DNA of 32,000 nt, taken from the NCBI RefSeq assembly GCF_012277315.1, contig NZ_CP051157.1, positions 909,279-941,278 of the forward strand. Reading direction: 5' to 3'. A model generated the notes under the pieces. It saw only the letters and a program-made list of their open reading frames with translations, was not told where the DNA came from and searched no databases. Origin of the DNA: Wolbachia endosymbiont of Ctenocephalides felis wCfeJ. GTDB taxonomy: Bacteria; Pseudomonadota; Alphaproteobacteria; Rickettsiales; Anaplasmataceae. The translations under genes were made by a program, and so were the position numbers. This document shows positions 10,440 through 19,900 of the stretch, piece by piece. Each line of letters starts with the position of its first letter. Position 1 is the stretch's first letter.

Positions 10440-10779
10440 TATTTACTTATTCACTTTAACATTTATGAAAACCTTTCCTAAGTTAGATATATCCCGTAAT
10501 TAAGAATCTAGTGAACTGTCTAAAATGGCTATAAAGATTGCACATAGAATTATATAAATTACTATCATAACGTTACCCAAACTTCTATATCAAAGCTACG
10601 TGCTGTAAGTTTAATATGGAAAGTACATTAACCACTTAGCATTTAATGTCTACTTCACCCATTTTAGTATTAGAACCATCAAACTTGGTCTGGTATCCCT
10701 AATTATTTTGGCTACCCTTACTTTAAATTCTATTATAATCTTTTCACTATTTGACGTATCATATCTTCCATATTCTCAT

Positions 10780-13700
10780 CTACTTACTCAAAGTATTTCC
10801 AAGCTTGGTTACTCCTACATCAGAAAGACAAGTTGATACTTTGTCCTTCGAATGGCTTTGAATAGAAGCATTACTTAAATAACTTTGAGGCTCTAAACTC
10901 ATTTGCTTTCCACCATCAACTTCTAATCTATCATCTCCGTTGTGTAATATCTGCTCTATTGGTTGATTTAGCAGACCCTTATTAAATTGAGCTATAAACT
11001 TGTCAAATTTCTTCGGACTTAATTTACCAGCTTCTTCACTAGGACACGCTTTCTCTACATAAGATTTTAAAATCCCTGAAATTTCATTAAATTTACCACT
11101 CATAACTTTTCTAGTAATCTCTTTCTGCATTCCCATATAATCAATATTTAATCGATGCATTGATACACCACTTTTTAATCCAGCTTGCTCTACTACTTTC
11201 TTAAATTCCTCCGTAATATTTAATGCATAGCCCTGTGCTTCTGGTGGAGATATAGACTGATCTTCTGTAGAAATATACTTTTGACCCGTAACTTTTCTGA
11301 TCAATAAATCAAGTAACATTATTGTACCATTTACATCTATTTGCGCATCAGCTTGTGAGATTGAATTTATAGTATTTGATGTTCCTACAGGTTTAGAACT
11401 TAACAATCCACCTATTGAGCTCTTTACCCAATCAAATAAACCATTTATCCATAAAGATGGTCTTGTACTACTACTTGCTGCTATCTCAGGTTGATTACTT
11501 GATAAGTGACCATGATAACAATCGTGACCCCCATGATGATAACGGCATTTGCGTTGTGCGGATTTTCCTCTTCCTTCACTAACTTTAGCAATGTCTAACG
11601 GTACTTTACCATCACTGTTTTTAGCATTAAAATTAGCCCCATTGTTTATAAGATACTTGACTATACCTAAATGACCTTCCGATACAGCACAATGAAGTGG
11701 TGTCCTATTTTCTTCATCAGCAACATTAACATCAACACCTTTTTCAACAAGATACCTTACTATATCTAAATGACCATTTAAAGAAGCATCATACAGAGGA
11801 GTTCTATTATCAAGATTTTTAATTTTTAAATTAGCTCCTTTTTCCACAAGATGTTTTACAACGCTCAAATTACCATTCCAGGAAGCATAATGTAAAGGAG
11901 TACTACCGTTACTATCTTTAGCATCTAAATTGGCACCTTGAGTGATAAAACTTTTGATTTTATTGAGATCACCACTTTCTGCAGCAGCCAACAATTCTTC
12001 ATCTAAATTTAATTGCATTCGTTCTATTACTTGTACTATATTTACGTAACCTTTTTTAGCAGCTAAGTTTAAAGGTGTTCTATTATATTTGTCTTTAATT
12101 CTGATGCTAGCGCCTCTATCAAGAAGGAGCTCGACTATACTTAACTTGTTTCCTTGCACAGCTGCATGCAAAGGCGTCGAGCAATCATTAGTTACGTCAT
12201 TAATGTCATTAGCATCCTTATCTAAAAGAAATTCAACTATTTCAAACTTATTACTATACCGAGCAGCTACATGTAGAGGCATATTGCCGTATATATCTCT
12301 AGCTTTAATATTAGCGTTCTTATCAAATAGAAACTTAACTACATCAAATTTGTCACTGGAAGCAGCAAAGTGTAAAGGTGTCCATTCATATCTGTCTTTA
12401 ACTTCAATATCAGCACCTTTATCAAGGAAAAATTGAACCATATCCAGATTGCCTTCCTGAACGGCAAAATGCAAAGGTGTTTCACCATCCTCACCTTTAG
12501 CATTAACATTAGCACCCTGATTAACAAGATCTTTAACTTTCCTAAAATCTCCACCTTGTACTGCAGCCAACAATTGTTTATCTAAACCTAATTGTGTTTG
12601 TTGTAAATACTCTACAACATCGTCATATTTTTGATCGATCGCGATATTTGACGGTGTTCCACCATTCTTATCTTTAGCATTGATATCAGCTCCTTTTTCT
12701 ATCAGAAATTTTGCAACCTCTGGTTGGCCGAACCTAGCAGCATAGTGTAGTGGTGTCCAACCATTTTTATCAGCCTCATCAACGCTCACTCCCTTTTCAA
12801 GAAGAAACTCTATAACACTTTCACTATTATTTTCAGCAGCAACATGTGTAGGCTTTTTACCAGCAGTAGAAGTGTCTGCAGCATTGATATCAGATCCTTT
12901 TTCTATCAAGAACCTTGCAACCTCTAAGCGGCCTCTCCATGCTGCATAGTGCAGTGGCGTATAACCTTGCTTGTCAGTATCATTAACACCTACTTCTTTG
13001 CTGAGAAGAAACTCTATAATATTTTTATTATTGTTCTCAATAGCAATATGTATAGGTCTGCTGCCATAAAGATTTTCACTTGCAGCATTAACATCAGCAC
13101 CTTTCTTTACTAAAAACTCTGCAACTTCTAAATGACCTTTATACGCAGCCCAATGTAGTGGTGTCCAACTGTACTTATCTCTAGTATTAACATTAGCATT
13201 AGCATTCCGACTAACAAGACCTTTAGCTTCATTGAGATTACCATCTTGTACTGCGGTCAACAATTCTTCATCTAAATCTGATTGTACTTTTTCTATCATT
13301 TCTACTATATTTGTGTAATCTTCTTGTTTGGCCAGATCTAGAGATGTTTTACCATTTTTATCTTTAACTGCAATACTTGCACCTTTTCTGAGAAGGAATT
13401 GAACCGTATTTGGCTTATCTTCTCGTATAGCTAAATGTAAAGGCGTTTTACCGTTATTAGTTATATCATTAATACCACTAAGATCTCTGCTCAAAATAAA
13501 CTCAATTACTTCAAGTGTGCCATCATGTTGGACAGCTACGTGTAAAGGTGCTTCACCATCTTTGTTTTTAGCCTTTAAGCTAGCTCCCTCTTGGATAAGA
13601 TATTCTACTACTTTTACATGACCATTATTACAAGCATTATGTAAAGGAGTATTATTACTGTTATCTTTCGCCTCTAAACTAGCACCTTGGCTAACAAGAG

Positions 13701-13947
13701 CTTTGACTCTATTAAGATCGTCACCTTTTACTGTAGCTAACAATTCTTCATCTAAATCTAATTGTGTTTTTTTCAAAAATTCTATTATACTTATATAATT
13801 CTTTTGAAGAGCCAAATCTAAAGGTGTTTTACCATATTTATTTTTAGCTTTTAAGCTAGCTCCCTTTTTGATAAGATATTTTACTGCTTCCAAATGATCA
13901 TTCTGAGAAGCATAATGTAAAAGAGTGTTACCATTGCTATCTTTCAC
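10780..13947 (-). CDS. CifB-like C-terminal segment: long ankyrin array and latrotoxin C-terminal-like domain
   Basis: About two dozen 33-aa ankyrin units, then 'DVNGTIMLLDLLIRKVTGQKYISTEDQSISPPEAQGYALNITEEFKKVVEQAGLKSGVSMHRLNIDYMGMQKEITRKVMSGKFNEISGILKSYVEKACPSEEAGKLSPKKFDKFIAQFN', as in Wolbachia latrotoxin-CTD proteins. Confidence 0.85.
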   Translation of the reverse strand: MKDSNGNTLLHYASQNDHLEAVKYLIKKGASLKAKNKYGKTPLDLALQKNYISIIEFLKKTQLDLDEELLATVKGDDLNRVKALVSQGASLEAKDNSNNTPLHNACNNGHVKVVEYLIQEGASLKAKNKDGEAPLHVAVQHDGTLEVIEFILSRDLSGINDITNNGKTPLHLAIREDKPNTVQFLLRKGASIAVKDKNGKTSLDLAKQEDYTNIVEMIEKVQSDLDEELLTAVQDGNLNEAKGLVSRNANANVNTRDKYSWTPLHWAAYKGHLEVAEFLVKKGADVNAASENLYGSRPIHIAIENNNKNIIEFLLSKEVGVNDTDKQGYTPLHYAAWRGRLEVARFLIEKGSDINAADTSTAGKKPTHVAAENNSESVIEFLLEKGVSVDEADKNGWTPLHYAARFGQPEVAKFLIEKGADINAKDKNGGTPSNIAIDQKYDDVVEYLQQTQLGLDKQLLAAVQGGDFRKVKDLVNQGANVNAKGEDGETPLHFAVQEGNLDMVQFFLDKGADIEVKDRYEWTPLHFAASSDKFDVVKFLFDKNANIKARDIYGNMPLHVAARYSNKFEIVEFLLDKDANDINDVTNDCSTPLHAAVQGNKLSIVELLLDRGASIRIKDKYNRTPLNLAAKKGYVNIVQVIERMQLNLDEELLAAAESGDLNKIKSFITQGANLDAKDSNGSTPLHYASWNGNLSVVKHLVEKGANLKIKNLDNRTPLYDASLNGHLDIVRYLVEKGVDVNVADEENRTPLHCAVSEGHLGIVKYLINNGANFNAKNSDGKVPLDIAKVSEGRGKSAQRKCRYHHGGHDCYHGHLSSNQPEIAASSSTRPSLWINGLFDWVKSSIGGLLSSKPVGTSNTINSISQADAQIDVNGTIMLLDLLIRKVTGQKYISTEDQSISPPEAQGYALNITEEFKKVVEQAGLKSGVSMHRLNIDYMGMQKEITRKVMSGKFNEISGILKSYVEKACPSEEAGKLSPKKFDKFIAQFNKGLLNQPIEQILHNGDDRLEVDGGKQMSLEPQSYLSNASIQSHSKDKVSTCLSDVGVTKLGNTLSK

Positions 13948-16900
13948 CTCTAAGCTAGTACCTTGGCTAATAAAATCCTCAACTTTATTAAGATCACCAT
14001 TTTTACTGCAGATAACAGTTTTTTATCCAACTCTAACTGCATCTGCTTTATCACTTTTGCTATATCTGTGTGACCCTTCTGCTTAGCCAAATCTAAAGGT
14101 GTTTTACCATCTCTGTCTTTAACCTTTAAGCTGACTCTCTTCCCGATAAAATATTCTACTACTTTATCAAGATTACCATCCCTTGCATTAATTAATAACC
14201 CTTGATCCAACTCCGCCTTCTTCAAAATTTCTATCATATTTCCTTTAGTAGCTAAACCTAAAGGCGTTTGGCTATTCATGTCCGTAATGTTGACACTAGC
14301 ACCTCTATCAAGAAGGAGTTTGACTACATTTAACCTACCTGCTTCAACTGCAAGATGCAAAGGCTTTTTATTATCTTTGTCTTGAGATTCAATGTCAGCA
14401 CCTTCATCAAGAAGAAATCTGACCATATCCAAATTACCCTCTTGTACAGCAAAATGTAAAGGTGTTCCTTGAATCGTTATTTCATTATTAAATTTAGCAC
14501 CATTACCAATAAGAAGTTTTATTACGTCCCATTTACCTGACTGAGCAGCAGAAAGTATTGGTGTCCAAGCAAACTTGTCTTGAACTTCAATATTAGCACC
14601 TCTATTAAGAAGAAATTGAACCATATCTAAATTATTCCCTGACGCAGCAAAGTGTAAAAGTGTTTGACCTTCCTTATCTTGAGCATCAATATTAGCACCT
14701 TTATCAAGTAAGAGTCTTACTATGCTCCATTTACCTGATTGAGTAGCAAGAAATATTGGTGTGTACCCAAATTTATCTTGAACTTCAATATTAGCTCCTC
14801 TATCAAGAAGAAGTTTAACCTTATCAAATTCACCAGCCTCGGAAGCAAGATGCAACAGTGTTCTGTCAAGTTTACCTTGAGCATTTATGTCTCCACTGTT
14901 TGGAACCTCTGAATGTATAAAACTCCCTTGTGAATTAACAATAGAACTCACATTATTTAATTTATCAATACTATCTGAATTACGTATTTTATCTATTTCG
15001 TTACTTAATAATATTTCTTTGTCAGCAAATTTTATAGATAATGTTTCCATTTTAGGTTCTTTATAGAAATCTTTAAAATGTATAATACACAACTCACTTG
15101 CTTCTATATCAGCATTAAAGGCATTGGTAACTATCAAATCATATTTATCATGAAGATAGGCATACTGCCCTGCTTTTTTAGATATGATTAGTTTATTCTT
15201 TTCTTCCACGTCTTGAGGTGTTACTACAATAATTTTCTCATCAGAAATAAAGAACGAAGACTTTAAACCTAAACCATCATCTATTTCCACAGGGGCATTA
15301 TCAAAAATAATTTGTAATTTTTTATACCACTTATTTATAAGTGCATCTTTCAGCCTAACTGTTATTACATCTTGCCGCAAGTCGGTGGCTGATATAGATA
15401 ACTTAATTAATAAATCACTTTTGCCTTTAATAACTGTTGGTATCGGTTTTATACTCAAATCCCTATTTATCTGCTGCACCAACTGATGTAGGTCTAATGT
15501 ACTTCTTAAACTTTTCTTTCCATTAGCATCATCATTAATCACTACTTCTTGAATAGGGAAGTTTTCAATATCAAGTGTTTCATGACCTGAAGTAATTGCA
15601 CATACATCGTTTCCGCTTAGAACAATATTTCTTCTCCCACTTGCATTGAGTTCACTACATACATCTCTCCTCATAGAATCCGCAGCATTGCTTCTCCCTC
15701 TATTATTTAAATAACTATCTAAATCTAACTTATTTTTTGACTGATTTAAAAAGGTGTGCCTTTCAACATCTTCAACCATAGCAGATATTCTACTTGATAT
15801 TTGTTGACTATCTTCTTCAGTCAATACCGACTTATAGTCTACCACAGTTTGATTATAACCATTTGACTCTTGTATACTACGCCTACTGCGAGTAGATCCA
15901 CAATTTTCAAACTTCCACTTAAATTGACCACCCTTTCCATTTGAAGACCAGGTAAACACATAACGCCTTTCATCGTCAAATTGGAAATTAGAAGCACTAT
16001 TAGGTGAATATAAGTACCTTCCATACTCAACATTCCGTAGATACACATTATCGCCATTAAGCTCAACTTTCCACTTACCATTGTCACCTTTGAAGACCAG
16101 GTAAACACATAACGCCTTTCATCGTCAAATTGGAAATTAGAAGCACTATTAGGTGAATATAAGTACCTTCCATACTCAACATTCCGTAGATACACATTAT
16201 CGCCATTAAGCTCAACTTTCCACTTACCATTGTCCATCTTTGAAGACCAGGTAAACACATAACGTCTTTCATCGTCAAATTGGAAATTAGAAGCACTATT
16301 AGGTGAATATAAGTACCTTCCATACTCAACATTCCGTAGATACACATTATCGCCATTAAGCTCAACTTTCCACTTACCATTGTCCATCTTTGAAGACCAG
16401 GTAAACACATAACGTCTTTCATCGTCAAATTGGAAATTAGAAGCACTATTAGGTGAATATAAGTACCTTCCATACTCAACATTTTTAATACATACCGCTG
16501 ATGAAAATACTGCATTTCTGACTGATTCTGGTAATTTGTTTTTTAGCCTTTCAAGATCAGATTTCTCTTCTGAACTGACCCTAGGCATTTTCATGGTCTC
16601 TCTAATAGAGTAAGCTAATTTAAACATTGCACCATCATTCTCTGGTATTTTGTCAAACATAGCTACGTAACCTGGAATAAACTGACTAATATAATGGTGA
16701 CTGCCTATAAACTTTAATATTCCTTCTATACCTACACTCGAATATGTGCGATTTACAGCTTCTTTAATTGCTTCACCAAATAAATTTTTATCAAAATTAT
16801 ATACCTTATTCACAAACTCAATGGTTGAAGCACTACGACCATTCAGCATACCATCCTTTAGCGCCCTTTCTGCTTCACTTTTTATCGAACCTCTTAAACT

Positions 16901-19900
16901 GCTTATACAAGACTCCACCAATCTTTTTGTATCGGATGGAATATTCGCTTGGTTAACAACTTCCTCCTTTAAAAATTTAATCTGTTCTATTTTAAATGAG
17001 TTGTTACTTTCAGCTTTAATCCTATCACAAAGAAATGTGATTATACCTAAATTACCATTATAAGCAGCTAAGTACAGAGGTGTTCTACCATTGTACTTAA
17101 TCTTGATATCTGCACCTCTATCAAGGAGAAGCTTAACTATATCCAACTGCTTGGCTTCCTCAATAACCAAATATAGAGGCGTCTTACCCTTTTTACTTTG
17201 AATGTCAACCTTAGCACCTTTATCTATAAGAAAGCTAACCATATCAAGATTGTCGTAGTGAACAGCATAGTGTAAAAGCGCCCAATTATCACCGTTGCAA
17301 CTAGTTAAGGCATTAATGTCACCTTTCTTTTTTAAAAACGGTTTAAATATACTTTGGCTTAATTCCACATTACCGTTATAAACAGCATAATTCAAAGCCG
17401 TCCAGTTTTGTGAACACTGAATTTTATGTTCAACATCAGCAGCCTTACTTTTTTTAGCAGTCTTATCAAGGAGAGTTTCAACTTCATCCCATTTACCTTC
17501 ATCAACTGCTGTGCTTACCAATGGTTTTAATACCCTCAATCCTGAAGTTATCATCCACTTATTGCACTGATCTATTATGTTTGAATCATAACCATTCAGC
17601 AAAAGGTTGTTTTCTAACTTTTCAAGCAATATTAAAATCTGATTACTACTTGGCGTTTTATTTTTTAATTCCTCAATTTGCTCTAAACTACAGGAATTTT
17701 CTGTAAATCTAACCCGGTCTTGCAGTGAAGGAAAACCAAGACACTGATGTACTGGATCTCTATTTCCTCTTTCAAAATCATCAACTGACATTAAACATTT
17801 AAAGTCGTTTTCTACTTTCAGAGTATATTTATCCCTATTTTGATAATTTTCTGAAGCTTTACGAATTAAATACTGTATTTTTCCTACCTCAGATAAGCTA
17901 AATCCACCTAATTTACGGAGTGTTATTGGTTCTAAGCCTAGATCAAATTCTAATGTAGAGATTCTATAAGATTCAGAATTATCCCAATTTCTTACGTTAA
18001 TCGTATGGTTGGACCTCTTATCACGAAATATCAAATCTTTACCACTACTGAAAACTTCTACCTGATCCGGAATAATATTTTTTAGTACCATTACTCCCAT
18101 GCGTTCCTCATCCTGTTTTACAGGAACAGAGATATTTTTTTCTAACTTTTGATTGTGCTGAATAATACTAGTAGAGTTACTAAAGTCCTCATTATATTCT
18201 TTTACAGTTCTTTCATAATCATCTCTGAGTTTATCTTTATACTCCATTGTATCATCAACATCCTCTAATAAGCTAGGAGATGGCACAAAATCATTGTTAT
18301 TCCATAGAGAGTAAGAAATATTTTCCCATTTACTTCGATCAGTGTAAAATCCTTCTATTCTAATAATAAAGGGAATTTCATTTTTTCTTATTAATAAAAG
18401 ATCATCTTCATTTTTATATTTTTCAATATCTTTAAGATTAGAATCAATCACCACATAATCGCCTTGAAAATCCCCAGATAACCAAAACCTAATCTGAGTT
18501 TGTGTAGCTTGTAAAAAAGGAATTAGTTCACCATCTTCCATAGAAGAATCAACACATGACGTTGATTGTACATGAGGAATAAAGGTTTCTCCTTTGCTAT
18601 TCATAACCACAAGGTGTCTATAATTGTTACTCTTTAGATAATTTTTTATTTGAATATTAGTATTATTATAATTGAGGTGTACATCACACCCCTTCATCAG
18701 AAATTTCATTGGAACTTCTCGCATAAATATTGTATCTAGCTTTCCATCCTCTGAATTATTATCAATTTTAACTTCTCTATTATTTACACTGTCACCAATA
18801 ACATATATATCATTTCCTTTTCCACCTCTAGCAAACATAGTACCTTGATCAAAGTTTATTATATCATCTCCTGAAGAACCAAAAACCATATGTGGAACTA
18901 CACTACTATCTTGACCTTGTATTTTTCCTCTAATAACACCCAAAACTTTATAATCCTTATTATTGTTTAGAATCTTTTTGTAATGATTTTCAACATCCTT
19001 AAAATTATCTAAAGAATGTTCTGAATGTAATTCAAATGAATTAATCTTTATAGTTGATGAGCCTGATCTTTCAATCTTAGGAACAATATTACTACCATTT
19101 CTATCTATTAGTAAAAAGTGAGGCTTATTACTGCTTTGCTCGACGTAATTTTTTATATCGAGAGTAAATTGATTATTTTGACCAAAATTTATTTTCAAAG
19201 ATAAAGTATTACTGCTTGTAGAATAAGTGATTTGATCACAATCACCTAATAAATCGATTTCCGGAAAAATTATAGTTCCTGTTCCATCTACATCAATTTC
19301 TGAATATAAACTCCTACCTTTATAATCTGCACTTTTTACGTAAAAAGTATAATTGCTCTTTCCACCCTTGACTGTAGTATACGGTGAAATAATTACTTTT
19401 TTGCAATTTTCGACTATATCTTTTTCGTTCTTGTTAGAACCACCACCACTATCTATGATAACGTCACGACCATCGGTTCCTGTAAAGTGCTCAGAGTAAC
19501 CCATGCACAAAACCTTATCCACCTTGTTCTTCCTTCCAACATAGTAATAGTTAAAGACGCCATTATTATCAATTTGATCATCGATTAGCCAACGACCATT
19601 TACTCTTGCCTTTAATGACCCAGAGGCATTAGGCTTAAAACGATAATTAACATTCACTTCTATAACTTTATCTTTCAATTGGCTTAAATCAAGTATATTA
19701 ATGGAGTTACTTCCACCAATAATTTTACCTGAAAAGTCAATGTTGTTTACAACAAACCTATTTACTACCTTATTGCCACCAGTTATTTCTGCTGTACCTG
19801 AGTCAATTAAAAAATTATTGCTCCATTCGTTATTTCCAACGACGGTACCTTTGTTTACATTGCTTAAATCATAAACAATTGTTTTATCCTTTTGTTTCCC

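Noticed and set aside
12089-12436. 115-aa plus-strand ORF within the ankyrin array
   Set aside because: Antisense shadow of periodic ankyrin-coding sequence with no recognisable domain.
12339-12554. 71-aa minus-strand ORF
   Set aside because: Overlaps the ankyrin frame in another phase; no independent support.
11990-14220. CRISPR-like regular spacing of repeats
   Set aside because: The periodicity is about 99 bp (33-aa ankyrin) coding repeats with divergent copies and no short identical repeat/unique spacer structure.
16084-16515. 143-aa minus-strand ORF with repeated 'MLSMEGTYIHLIVLLISNLTMKDVMCLPGLQRWTMVSGKL'
   Set aside because: It is the alternative-frame shadow of the 150-bp tandem repeat; the frame encoding YGRYLYSPNSASNFQFDDERRYVFTWSS matches the flanking protein.
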